Below, one piece after another: positions 9,776-22,536 of a stretch of 50,543 nt of DNA (position 1 is the stretch's first letter; each line of letters opens with the position of its first letter). Where the stretch lies: positions 1-50,543 of the forward strand of contig CALSCP010001664.1 of assembly GCA_943704425.1 (NCBI GenBank), written 5' to 3'. This DNA is from Ministeria vibrans ATCC 50519 (taxonomy: Eukaryota > Protista > Filasterea). The notes beneath the pieces were generated by a model. It had not been told where the DNA came from. It ran no database searches and saw only the letters and a program-made list of their open reading frames with translations. Position numbers and translations under genes: made by a program.

Positions 9776-12700
9776 CTACATGGCAAACGCCCAATTGTCG
9801 GTTCGCACAAAACCCCGTTGAACAGTCTCGACGCAACGCATGGAGCACAGCTCGTAGGCCAATGGTACACGAGTACCAGAGATGTAAACAAAAGAGACGA
9901 GCTTGGCGGGCGACTCAAAGTACCGACGCGCACAGATGAAGCAGCGATGGGGCGCATTAAGGTAGGACAGGACGTTGGCGGTGACGCGATCTGCGACTGA
10001 CAGCTGCGCGTGTGTCTCCCATACTCGCTGTGCACACAGCGCAAACAGCGACGGTGGCTCGTACGTCTGCGCAAAGTCATCGGTGCCCTCGCACAGAGGA
10101 TTGTCCGAAATACGTAGGGTGCGCAGGGAGGCGCGTGCGAGAATGCGAATGTGAGGCGGGAGTGTGACGAGTTTGTTGTCGCTGAGGAGGAGCGTGTGCA
10201 ACTTGTGCATCTGGCCAATGGACGACGGTAGCGAATCCAAGTGGTTGCTCGAGGCGTCAAGGCACTCGAGCTTCTCCATGCTTCCGATGCTATTGAGCTG
10301 CGTTAGACGGTTGTGTGACACGTTGAGGACGCGCAGACCGTGCAGGTCGGCAAGGGCGCGTGGCAAAGACGAGAGCATATTGTGGTCGAGACAAAGCTCA
10401 GTGAGGCCTGACATCAGACACACCTCTAGCGGCACCATGGCAAAGCGGTTGTGACTAAGTACCAGCGACTGGAGTGCCGTGAGACGACTGAAGCTTGCTG
10501 GCAGCGTCGACAGATGGTTGCAGTGGAAAGAGACAGCCTTGAGGCGCGTGAGGTCGCCAAAGTCGTCGGGCAGCTCAAGAAGACAGTTGTCGTTCAGCGT
10601 GAGCTTGCACACACTGCGCGGCAGACTACCCGAAGGCAACAAAGACAAGTGGTTGTGATCGAGCGAGAGGACTTCGAGACAAGGAAGTTGACCAAGCTCG
10701 CGTGGGATCGTTGTGAGTTTGTTGTGATGCAAGTGAAGCGTGGTAAGGCGCTGCAGCGACCCAAGACTCGGTGGCAAACTTGTCAGTTTGTTACCGTGTA
10801 TCCACAATTTGCGCAGGTTCCGTAGTGTGTGCACATAGTCGACGGTGGTCAGACGGTTGTTGTCAAGCAGAAGCATTTCGAGACCGGGAAAGCGCATGAG
10901 GTCTTTGGGCAGCTTACGCAGCGAATTGTTACTCAACGGTAGCAGAGTCACCTTGAGAGGGAACCCCGTACGGCGAATCATCTTCTTGACAGCATCCGCA
11001 CTGAGACCGAGTGCACGGCCCAGCTTGTTGAGCGCTTCGCAGTCACTCTCACCCGACACCTGCGCCGCATCGTCCTCGAGCGACATGTGACGCACGCCCT
11101 GTGCTAGCGCGCGCGTAAAGGGATGCGGCGAGGCTGAGTCGTCATACGACAGCATGGCACTGGTGTTTGCATGGTCGCTGTCATACACACCGCCGTCCAG
11201 GTACTGGTCGACAATATCGTCGTCGTCGTCGTCGTCGTCATCCTCCTCCTCCTGGTCGTCATGGCTATCGGCGTTCACACCCGACTCGCGACTCTGCTTG
11301 CCACCACCCACCAAGTCGTCACGTGCGCGCAGGCGGCCCAAGATGTGAGACACGGACGAGGCCGAGGCGGAATGTCGCATGAGTGAAGTAGGGGGCATGG
11401 AAACGATGCGACGGCGCACGTGATTGCCTCGGCCGCGCTGTCGATGATACTCGCTTGGGCGCAGCACCTCCTCTTCGTAGACGCCACCACCCCGATGGCC
11501 TCGCTCCAGGATGTTAATGTCCTGCGGCGTGAGCGGTCGTGGCGGAGGTGGTGCACGAGGAACTGTTGGAGGGCGCAGGTTTCGGCGTGCACTCATGGCA
11601 GGTGACTCGCCATCGAGCATACGAGCGTCGACACCACGTGTTGCAGAAACACTGACGCTGCTACTCCCTCTCGGCTGCGTGGATGGGGCGGAGGTGGCAG
11701 GAACAACCGACGATGCACTGGTGGAAGGTGAAGTGCGAGGAGAAGAACAATGCAGGAAGACCTCGCTGTCTGAATAGCGACGTCTGTGAGCCATGACAAT
11801 GCCTGGAAAACGTTCGCGTCGATGAATGCGAGATGAAGCGGGTGGCGAGCGAATAGTGTCCTCTAGATCGGCGTCGGTGGCTCCATCGGAGACGGGTGAA
11901 GATCCTCGAGATGAGGGAAGCGCCGAGGATGATGATGATGCTGATGATGATGATGATGGCGATGATGATGCTGTCGAGGGTAGCGAAGAGTGGGGTATGG
12001 CTCGTGAATCAAGATGAGCGGTCACTTCCAGGTCCATTGGCGTCGCCGTTGTCGCTGCTGCAACCGCTGATGATGAAGATGTCAATAACATGTCTGAACT
12101 CGGCGGTGAGTTTGTCGTGGTCGTTGTGGTTGTGGTAGTGGTCGTGGCGAGCATGGCCGTAACGGTGGTAGTGGTGGTCATAGTGGAGGATGGCGACGCC
12201 AAAGTCGCCGCTGAGGTCGTCGACGACGACGGCAATGCCATCGGTTCAACCAAGTTGCCACTGAATGTTTTGAGAACATGACGATGTCCTGCAGCGTCAG
12301 CCAGTTCGAGAAGAGGCGCAGAGAGAACGGGCGTCGACGGTGACGAGTTGGTCAAGGCTCCGTCCGTTTCGAGAACAAGTTGACGGATGGAGCCACGGGC
12401 GGCGCGTTGCAATCGATTGAGGTGACTTTGTGCGCGGATGCGCACACGACGCGCTGTTGAGTGTATGAGGTTGCGTTGCATTTCGTTGCCGCTCACGTCG
12501 TTGAGAAAACCCGCGCCACACAGCTCAATAAGTTGATCCGTTGTTTGTTGGAGAAGCTCGCCGTCGCCGAGAAGCTGTTCGACGGAACTAAGAAGTTTAG
12601 TGCGTTTGCGTGCGTGGCTGGCGTCGGGATCGGTCTCATCACGATCGTGGTTGTTCCTGTCATCGTCGTCGCGGTCGCCATCACCACCTCCATCGCCTTC

Positions 12701-12938
12701 ATTGTCATCGTCGTCGTCTCTGCGTCGTTTGGCTCCCTGCTCTGGCTCATACGTGAAGAGCTCGGACGACGAGCTGCCACCGTTGAGCGTCGACGAGTAG
12801 ACGGTGATGGGCACGGAGAGGTCGGGATACGCGTCGCGGTTGTCCATCAGCGTACTTGCTTCCTCGTACGACGGCACCTTGGCAATGCGCAGTACCGACC
12901 GCTGTCCTGGAATGACCTCATGGCATGGTAGCAACAGC
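9776..12938 (-). CDS. 3' exon of an IPT/TIG + LRR protein with an LRRC58-like Cys-rich C-terminus (5' exons at 21268-22432)
   Basis: Acceptor ttccgtag at 12939-12940. End of an IPT domain (LLLPCHEVIPG...VPITVY...ELFTYEP), long S/T/D-rich linker, ~13 LxxLxLxxNxL repeats, then PPSLFALCAQRV...YLNAPHRCFIC...YF...VPL..ELCSMRC. Confidence 0.85.
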
Positions 12939-13132
12939 CTACGGAAAGCACAAACACGCCAAAAATTATTATTATTATTACATAAAAAAACAAAAAAAAA
13001 AAAAACAAAAAAAAAACACACTTNNNNNNNNNNCGTCGCCGTGTGGTGCTAACGGCAAATGTTCGACAACGTCCAATGGCGACGTGGTATGTGCGTGTTC
13101 TGAGGCGAGAAAAACCCCATAAAAAGGCGTAC

Positions 13133-13624
13133 GTCAACTTCGTCGGCACCATCGATCACCACATCAAGACTGGTTGTCATCTCGAGGGTCGAGAGCGGCA
13201 GGCCATTGTCGATGATCAACTGAAAGAGAAAGGAAGCGTGAGTGTGAATGAATGGGATGACTTGTGCCGGTTGAGACCTTTCTTGACTGGAAGGAGGTAG
13301 GAACGCACGCGGGGATCTTGAGGCCTTCTTTCACACGCACGCCTGGTGGAGAATGGGGGGCGGGATGAGGACGAGAAATGAAGATAAACAATTCTCTTCG
13401 TTACCTAATCGCTCAGCGACATACACGACTGTCGAGCCACTGCCGATGCCCACGCTCATGCCATCCTAGAGCAGACAAGGACGACAGACCAACAAACACG
13501 AGCACGATTGAGAGTGAGCGAGCGAGAGAAGAGCAGACGACGCAACCACCTCAATGCACTCGTCGACAGCACGATACGCCGCCGCTCGCTTGGCCGATTC
13601 TAGCAGTGAAAGAGATGTAGACAT
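13133..13624 (-). CDS. RPIA: Ribose-5-phosphate isomerase A, 5' exons only (3' part lost at gap 13024-13033)
   Basis: Spliced exons give SAKRAAAYRAVDECIE / DGMSVGIGSGSTVVYVAERL / CVPTSFQSRK / LIIDNGLPL...LDVVIDGADEVD. GxGSGST and DGADEVD are RpiA signatures. Confidence 0.93.
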
Positions 13625-13789
13625 GGTGCGATAGTGAATACAGGTCGTTAGCCGTGTGAGCATGCAATATTTATGAGTGACTCAATAATGTAGTTATGAT
13701 TCTCAGGAAGGTCGAAAAATTGTAGGAAACAAATCGAGAACGACATAATTATATTCAATGGAAAAATAACAGCTCGATTCTCCTTGTAC

Positions 13790-15169
13790 TCACTCTGTGG
13801 CCCATTTTTGAAATGAGGCGGGAACTTTCTCATGCTCATACAAAATGCTCAGTTCTCTCACAATCGCACTCTCACTCTTTCCCTCGCGCAACATTGCACT
13901 CCGCACACACTCGCTGTACACACTCTTCCACTTCGACGCCAACACTGTGTCAGTGAATTCAACAGAATGATGAGTGCGCAGGTGACGACACAGACTGGCT
14001 GAATGCGACAGTAACTGCGAGCAAATGGCACATCGAGTGCGATACACACTCAGCACATGATACTGACCAAAATGATCACCCACACGCCCCTTTGTGAATG
14101 GTGCAGTGTCACACACCTGTCCCGTCGCCGGTCGCACCATTCGACATTTGAACCGAAGATCGGACAGTCGCTCAAACGACGCGTCGAGATCAACCGCACC
14201 ACAACCGCTCCCCACTGCCTCCTGCGCACACGACAGCCAACCAGAGAACGACGACGGCACTCGCTCACTTTCACGCAACAACTGCAGTTCACGCACAATC
14301 ACAGACTCACTCGCATTGCGCTCCGCAAGTTCACTGCGCACAAGAGAAGCGTACACTCTCAGCCAGTCACAGTCACGAGTGAATACATCACTGTGCGATT
14401 GCAGCAGGTGACGCTTAAAATTGGACCTGTGTGGCGACACATCCTCCTTGCACATCCCACAGTTGACGCGGAACACACTCCGAGGATGACACATTGAGAA
14501 ATGCGTCCCAACCCACTCAGGCGCAAATCCCAGACCCGCACACACTCGTCCGTCCACCAGTCGACACCGACACCGCACCTTGCCATTTCCCAGCATCTCA
14601 AACGCACTCGTGTCCTCCTCATCCTCCTTCTCGCCCCGTGCCATCGCCAGCCAAGTCACAAATCCCATTGGAACTTGTTCGTACTCGCCACGACCAAAGA
14701 CCTTGGCCACTTTTCCCTCAACGTCCTCCTCTTCTCCGTCACGCTCCAGAGCCGCACGCACCTCTCGCAGGTAGACCGTCTTCCATCCTCCGTCCTCCAA
14801 TGGACCGCGTTCCATGACGGTCGCTGTGAAGACGTTGCTGTGCCGAGAAGCGAGGTGACGTTTGAGGTCGTGTGCACCGACATATGAATTGCAGACGACA
14901 CAGACGAGACGATGCTTGCTCGTGGGATGGTTCGTGGTAAAGTGTTTCCGCACACCCTCGCCCACAAAACCCTTTCACCGACATGGCTCTCAATCGGCTG
15001 TAGGAAAGCGACACACAATCGTTCCGTTGGCGCCCAACGAATAAAACGCGCCAATCTCACTTGGCGGATCCGTTCGGCATCGTTCGCCCGTCTCCGACAT
15101 CACCAGCTCCATATTGGACGCGTACGCACGCCCTTCCGCCACCGCGACGCGGTCCCACGGTTCGCTCAT
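13790..15169 (-). CDS. Protein of three ~130-aa repeats, each with Cys/His zinc-finger motifs (BED/C2H2-like); two in-frame TGA near the 5' end
   Basis: Repeats HF..HP.S..R..CxxC...LKRHL...HS.VF three times. ATG at 15169 is in frame with ORF 13790..14965, with TGA at 14992-14990 and 14977-14975. Confidence 0.7.
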
Positions 15170-15732
15170 GTGAATAGAATAATATTATTAATCAACATTC
15201 AACAATCGTAAATATCAAACTTTTTTTCACTCTCAGTCTTTATTACACGCGCACTTCCCCTATATCTCTCTCGCACACACGCACGTACGCCCGAACCTGC
15301 AAACCTTGCTCAGCACACGGCACGTCCCCCTCGCCATCGCTGGACATCCCCAATGCACGACCCAGCAGCCGCCCTGGGTGCGCCAGGGACGGGCTCGGGC
15401 CGCCCAGATTCTGCTGATCCCGCGTCGACAGTGCACCCTCCGTCAAGCAATACCGAAGAGGTACCCCAAGTCAAAGTCAGGTAGGTGTGCGTGGATGTTC
15501 TTCTCTGTGTCAATGAGTGTCGATTTTTACCACAACATCAAGCGGGAGTGCAATTACGCGCAGCACCTCTCACGCCTCTTGTTTGCGTCTTTTCCTTGTT
15601 TGCCTAGCTTTACGTCCCTGTTTGACAAGCGTGTACGCGAGAGGGAGCTCAAAGGGGTAAGTATTTGTCTCTTTTCATTGAGAGACTTCTTTTTTGTGGT
15701 CACCCTTGACAACGACTCGTCTTCCCTTGCAG

Positions 15733-18700
15733 ATGTCCTCTTCTTTTGCCCACATGGCCTCTATGCAGTACAAAGGACAGTTTGCCAATGAAGGTATGCC
15801 TCAACTCGCTCATAAAAACTGGGTTTATGTTTTTGTCACAAGAGTATCGTTCGAGCATTGTCTCGATTTGGCAATCTTGGTAGATCCCGCGACACCACGC
15901 GCTTTTTCGCGCCCCCACATGGCTTATTTCTTTGCGATAAACTCCCCATCTCTTTTTCCCGGCGTGTTGCGTTGCCTATATGAATATGAGAGACTCCTTT
16001 TCATCAGTGTCATCGTTTTTTTTTTTTTTTTTGTTGGCTCGCTTAGGCGGAACTCTTCCTGGCGGACCCGATGACATGCTACTGGCTGCCGCACAACGGG
16101 GCGATGTGCAGCGGCTGCACAACTACCTTGCTGACAAGAGCGAGACGTTTGATGTGAACTGCAAAGACAAGGTAACAGTCATCGTGTGTTTCTATGTACT
16201 GTTGTGATGTTGCAACTCACAATAATAATAATTATGTCTTTTTGTGTGTTTATGTGAAGCGGACTGGAAATACTCCGCTTATTACGGCGGCGCTCTTTCA
16301 ACACATTGAAGCGGTAGAGCTGTTGTTGAATCATGACGCAGATGTGACGCTGCGCAATCTTGCGGGCGAGACTGCGCTCGACGTTGCCGAAGACGTTGCC
16401 ATTCAAAATCAACTGCTCACATGCAACTCACTCACGCGTCCCGTCGACTTCTTCAAGGCCGCTTGGACGTGCGACTGCCAGTCGCTCACCAAGATGCTCA
16501 GTTCAAAAAAGTTTGACGTTAACGCTCCCAACCGTGATGGTGTGTCGCCCCTGCTGCTGTCGTTGCGCAGTCTCATGCAGTTTGAGGGCTACCGTATCCT
16601 TGCGAAAGTGTGGCATCCCGTCCAGACAGTGACAGCACTACTGCGCGAAGGCGCCGATCCTAACGCCACCGACCCCGAGGGCTACGCCGCGCTGCACTTT
16701 GCATGCCACGGCACAAGCCACATCTCACGCATTCTCGTCGATGTGCTCATCAAGGCCAAGTCGAGTGTGCACGCACGCGACCAGTATCGCAACACTCCTT
16801 TGCACAACGCCACCACCGCCGGTTTTGTCCCTTCCGTTCACGCCCTGCTCGCCAACGGTGCGGACGCCAACAGTCGCGGTTACCAGGGTACGACGCCCAT
16901 GCACATTGTCGCGTACAACAATCACGTCGACTCAGCGCTCGCTCTGCTCTCGTTTGGCGCCGACGTCCGCATCACTGACATGGATGGTCAAACCCCCGTC
17001 GACATTGCGCACAACGAGCAAATGATTGGTTTCCTTGAAGACGTGCGTGCGGCCGGCCATCGCCCGAGCACAGTGCGCAGTGTGTTGGCCGACTATCTCC
17101 GTCGCAATCCCCACCTTAAGCTCAGCTTCTTTCTGGGTGGCTCCGACCAGGCGTACAGTCCGCAGTATGCGGGCGAGGAGGAGGAAGAAGACGACGACGA
17201 TGAGGAGGAGGAGGAGGAGGAGGAGGAGGACGAGGACGACGACGACGACGGGGTAGTCGAAGAGCCTATGTTGCCCAAGTCGCAGAAGAGTAAGTCAGCC
17301 CGCAAGAACCGCAAGCGCTCGGGAGCTCTTGACTCGTCCAAGACGGGCTCGGCGTCGCGAGTGGGCTCTCGTCGCTCGCTCATGTCGACCGTTGGTGGTG
17401 GAGGTGGCAGTGGCGGTAGGGCATTGTCGTTGCACCCCGGTGGAGGCGCGTCATCGGCAGCTGCTACGGGCACTGCATCTGATGCGCGTGTTTGGAAGGT
17501 TACCAGTGCTGTGCCTATTCGCCTGCCTCCTTCGTCCTCCATCACCACTTCCGCTGCGTCTGCACCCGCCGTGTCCTCGTCCACCGTCTCCGCCGACACC
17601 TCACCTAGCAACACCGCTCCCTCATCAGCCTCCAAGACTCGCTCTCACCCCCACGCGACCAAGACCCACTCTGCCTCGAGCAAGGCACAGCCCCTCAGCG
17701 CCGCCGAAGCCGAAGAGCGCGCCGCCATCCGTGCGGCCAAGGTGGAGGAGCGCACTCGTCGTCGTGCCGCCGAGATTGCCGAGCGTCAAGCGCACGTCGC
17801 GGCGCTGCGTGCGTCGCGTGAGGCGCGTGCCAAGGCCCTCAAGGCCGCAGCCGAGGCGGCGTCTATTGCTGCACGCGCCCCCGCCCATCGTCGCTCTTAC
17901 GACTCTTCCTCCGACGACGAACCCGACCCCGAAGTTGCACAACTCATGCAACGCGCCCAACGCAAGCGCTCATCCGACTCGTCTGCTGCAATGAGTGCGC
18001 CGCGCAACATCTCGCTAAAGACAGTCACTCTGGGCGCTTCCATGTCGCTTGATCCCACTGGCATTGCCACTCCCGTTGCTCCCAAACTCCGTCAGGTAAC
18101 CGCCTCGTCCAATCCGTCACTGCGTCTCTCCAAGGGTTCCACCGTCACATCCAACACGGATTCAGCACGTTCATCGTCAGGCGCACCCCCCGCGTCGCTT
18201 CTCATCGGCAACAGTACAACCAGTCATGGTGGAGGAACGTTCGCGATTCACGTGAGTCCGCAGAACACGGTCAAGCCAGGCCACCATCACCGAAGCTCAA
18301 CGGAGACGGGCCAGTCGCGCAGCAGCGGCAACAAAATTCGCAAATCTGCTTCACAGGAGGAAGTCTCACGCGCAGTGTCCGACAACAACAAGTCAAAGAC
18401 AGCAAGCACATCGCCGTGTGTCGAGGGCGTTCCTGGCGTGAGTCTACCGCGTCGACTGGGCACCGCCAGTCCCTCACAACTCCAAGCACAACCGACGCAC
18501 ATTCTTCCGCGCAAGAATGTCATCCCGCCTATCCAGATACCTTTGTCTTCCTCATCGCCCCCCGCCACCACCTCACCCATATTAAAACGACCCTCTGGGG
18601 CCCTAGCACCATCACCGTCTACCGTTGCACCGGACTCAGTGCCTATCTCTGATCATGCCTACGGGTCCTCCACCGAGTCCCCTTCACCTCTAGATCTCCG

Positions 18701-18836
18701 TCCACCCATGGGCAAGCCCACCGTGCCCTTGAAGATCCCTCTGCGCACTCCTCCCCCTCAACCACAAGCACAACAACAACCATCACCACCACCACCGCCA
18801 CCACCACAACAACAACAGCAACAACAACAACAACAA

Positions 18837-18867
<31 letters not shown>

Positions 18868-20522
18868 AGCAACAACATCCTCCTGCAGAACTCGATCACC
18901 TCCGTCCCAGGGCTCGTACAGACCGTCGTGCCTCCACCGATATTCAGCCGGGCGGCCGCTCTCCACTGCGTCTCGGCATGCTCCCACGAATGCACTCGTC
19001 AGACAACCTTCTGGCCAAGACCCTCTCACCAACAGCTGTCAAGATGGAAGAGGAGATCATGGAGCTCCCCATTGCAACTCCCACTGCGTCCACTTCGTCA
19101 AATCTTGGTATCAAGACAACCGCCGTAACGTCCACCGCTAGAGTAGCAGTATCATCATTATCATGCACCGATGTCCTTGCTGCGCCGACCCCTGCAACCC
19201 CGTCCGTGATCAACTCAGCCTATGAGGCCCTAGACACGCCCTCTGCCATGCCAACACTGCGGCGCATGAGCTCGTCGCGTGGCAATCACCCTTTGGGCAG
19301 CGTGATTCCTTGGAAGAAAGGGTACCTCTTGGGACGCGGTGCGTTTGGCAAAGTCTTCTGTGGCCTCAACACGCTCACGGGACAACTCATTGCCGTCAAG
19401 ATTGTCCGTGTTGACGAGCGTGCACGCCAGGACCTCGAACATGCCGCTGCAACACCCAGCAGCGAAGGGGGGTTGCGCTCGCTCTCAAGCATTTCGCTGT
19501 TGCAGCGCGAGCCCACACCGGTTCAGATGCAGCAGGCTCCTCCGCTGTCGTCGGCTGCTGCATCCTCTCAGACGGATCCCGAGAGTGGCATTTCCATGAT
19601 GGAAGGCTCGCCACAAAGCAAGCGAGACGTGTCTGCCGGGCGAGTTCACCCGAACATCAACGAATTTGAAAAGGAGATTCGATTGCTGGAGACGCTGAAG
19701 CACGCGAACATTGTGCAGTACTACGGAACGAGTCTGGAGGACAATCAGCTGCATATCTTCATGGAGTACGTACCCGGCGGCTCCATTGCCTCAGTGCTCG
19801 CGCAGTTTGGGCCTTTTGACGACGATGTGACGCGTCGCTACACGCACCAGATTCTTGAGGCGGTCGCCTTTCTACACGCCAACGGGGTGATCCATCGTGA
19901 CCTTAAGGGTGCAAACATTCTGGTGGACACGACGGGACTGATCAAGCTTATTGACTTTGGGGCGGCCAAGCTGCTGTGTGCGCAATATGTGAAGACACAC
20001 GTCAAGTCGCTGCAAGGAACTCCTTTCTGGATGGCACCCGAGGTGGTTGCGCAGTCGGGCTACGGCTGCAAGTCAGACATTTGGTCGGTGGGCTGCTGTG
20101 TTTACGAGATGGTCAGCGGAAAACCGCCCTTCTTTGAGCTAGGCCCTGTGACGGCCATCTTCCACATTGGCAATGGAAATCCTGTACCCCCACTGCCCTC
20201 GTTGGGCCCGGTGGGCCAAGCCTTCCTTGCGCGTGTGTTCCAGCGCGATCCCGAAGCACGACCCGACGCCGCCGAGCTGCTCAAAGATGACTTTGTGCGC
20301 TACGCAGATGAAGATGACGAAGACGCCGACGCGACACACGCAGTGGCGCATCATCTCGAGCAGCAGCAGCAGCAACAAAGGCAGGGGCAGGGACAAGAGG
20401 ATGTCTCGAGTGACGCAGACAAGGTTTCCCCAATGGTATCGTCCATGCGTAAGAACTCGGGTGGGTTCCCGGGTGGGTTGGTTGAGGAGGAGGAGGAGGA
20501 GGAAGGGCAATCGAGAAGATAA
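15733..20522 (+). CDS. Ankyrin-repeat MAP kinase kinase kinase (STE11 group, MAP3K19/YSK4-like)
   Basis: Phase-compatible exons 15733-15793, 16047-16171, 16260-20522. Ankyrin motifs (GNTPLITA, GYAALHFAC, RNTPLHNA, GTTPMHIV). Kinase motifs WKKGYLLGRGAFGKV, IAVK, HRDLKGANIL, DFG, GTPFWMAPE, SDIWSVGC. Confidence 0.92.
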
Positions 20523-20662
20523 ATGTAACAGTGAATCAAATAATTATATTTTCTTTGTATTTAAGTTTCTTGACACTCATACTAAGTTTCGGAAATGTCT
20601 TATACTTTTTCTTCTAATTTCGATTGTTTTTGTTCTTGAAAGAAAAGTACAACTTGTAAGGT

Positions 20663-21059
20663 TTAATTTCTGGAGGCCATAATAGACGATTCAACAGCGG
20701 AAGGGTCAAGGGCGGTGCGGACACGCAAGACAGTTGAGACAACCTGGGCAGCCAAAGGCTCCGATAAGGGGAGAGACACCGGAGTGACAGAGACAGAGGA
20801 AGTGGGGGCTGTCGTGACAGTGCAGGAAGCTTTGCCGTCGCGCTGGACCATGATGGTGGGGCCAACGGAGGGTGAGGTGGGGGATGTGCTCACGTGCTAA
20901 GATAACCAAGGATGAAGGGTGTGCGAATGAAAGGGAATATCTTACTTGAACATCGCCAAATTGCGATTGGAGGTAGGTGAAGAGATCATCAGACTGAGCA
21001 GTGGAAGAATGAGACGAGTCATGATCATCAGTGGGTGTGTCATGGCTATGCGAGTGGCC
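20663..21059 (-). CDS. CPSF3: Two terminal exons matching the CPSF73 C-terminal domain (displaced 3' end of the gene at 35209-38455)
   Basis: Exons 21059-20946 and 20896-20663: ...LFTYLQSQFGDVQ/HVST...IMVQRDGKASCTV...LAAQVVSTVLRVRTALDP. Pattern resembles the CPSF73 C-terminus (L..MFG...VDGK.A...V..RL..AL.P). Confidence 0.65.
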
Positions 21060-21267
21060 CTGCATACTAGTCACTACATACATAGAATACAAAGAAAATT
21101 TGAGGGAGAGAGAGAGAAAAAGGATAAAGAAAGGAGGAAGAAAGAGAGAGAAATGTGCGGGGAAAATTCAGAAAGAAAGATAAAAAAGAAAGTAACAAAA
21201 AGATACAGAAAGAAAAAAAAAAAAAAAAAAAAAAAAAAACAAAAAAAAAACACACTTGACACCATAC

Positions 21268-22432
21268 CAGCCAAACATGCAGAAGACACCGTCGGGAAAA
21301 GAGTCGCTGCCAACAATGATAAGCTCGCAGCCCTCTTTGCCGTGCTTGGGGTGGACACTGATCACCATGGAGGAAAGATTGTCGGTGGGTGACGGAGGCT
21401 GAGTGAGCGCAAGGGCGCTTGTCGTTGTTGACAATGGTAAGGGTGCCTGACCCGACGCATCGTGGGCTGTTGTCGACTTGGCCAAAGAGTTCATTGTATC
21501 GTGTCTGCGTGTGCTGTTGTCCGCGCCACGCAAGAGCGGTCGGGTGTCGTCGTCGTCGGTAAGGCCCGCTACTGACATGTCCATGTCGTCGCTGTACGGG
21601 GTGCCACCATCGAGATCGTCGGCAAGCAACATTTGCATCATGTCAGGTATGACTGGTGCGTGGCTAGGGGCACTCGTTGTCGTTGTTGTGGTCGTTTGTC
21701 GGGCGGAAAGGAGAGATGCGGCAGCCGTTGTTGTTGTAGTCAGATGAGTTCTGTGATGAGCTCCTGCGTCGGGGCGGTGTTCGCGTGCGTTGAGAAAGAA
21801 GCCCCGGCTCGTGGTGAGAAAGACAAGTTCGCGTTGCTGCTCGCCTTGCTGTTCGATGGCACAAAATTCAAGAAAGAACGGCTGCTTCTTGTGCCCTTTG
21901 CCACTCAGCTCGGCCGTTTCAAAGGTACGAAAGACCAGGTGGCCCCTGAGGACCTGCGACGGCACGTCCGTCCACTCGTCGAGAGTTTCTTTCGGCGTGG
22001 TAAATCGAGAGCCACCTTTCTTGATACGAAACATAATCTACGCAGCACGCCAGTTAAGCATGTGGATACATTAAGACAGAGGGACGGACGCCGAAGCGCG
22101 GACAGCAGAGGCCAAGGAGGGTATTTTTCCAGGGTGGGTTGAATTGTGCCCCAAGTGCGACAGAAGAAAGGAAGCACAAAAAAGAACAGAAAAGAAAGAG
22201 AAAGAGATGCAGAGAGAAAGGAGCGTCGTACCCGAAGAGAGTTCGGCAAGGCAATGCCCGTTGGCGGGGTGACGGAGACGGTGACAACTGGAAAGTTGCG
22301 AATGTGGTGCTTTCGTCCGTGGTTGTGTTTTCCATAGAGGGAAGCCAGCGGCGCGTCTGCAGCCACCGACAGCTGGCCGTCGGTGCCACTGTCTCGCGAG
22401 TACAGGCTCGTCCACTCTTCCGAGTAGTCCAT
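21268..22432 (-). CDS. 5' exons of a putative Ig-fold DNA-binding domain + IPT/TIG protein (continues at 12938)
   Basis: Exons 22432-22232 and 22037-21268 (phase 0 join NSLR/IMFRIKK). Ends VISVHPKHGKEGCELIIVGSDSFPDGVFCMFG, the first half of an IPT domain. Donor TG|gtatgg. Confidence 0.75.
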
Positions 22433-22536
22433 TACAATTATAAAAAAATGTTGTACTTGAATGAATTTATTCTTATAAAAGAAATGGACAGTATAAACTT
22501 TTATTACAGTCAGTCATAAATGAAGTGAAAAAGTCG

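Noticed and set aside
20663-21059. These exons as the 3' end of the adjacent IPT gene
   Set aside because: The donor at 21268 is phase 2 but the acceptor at 21059 is phase 0; joining would leave half an IPT domain; the peptide resembles the CPSF73 C-terminus.
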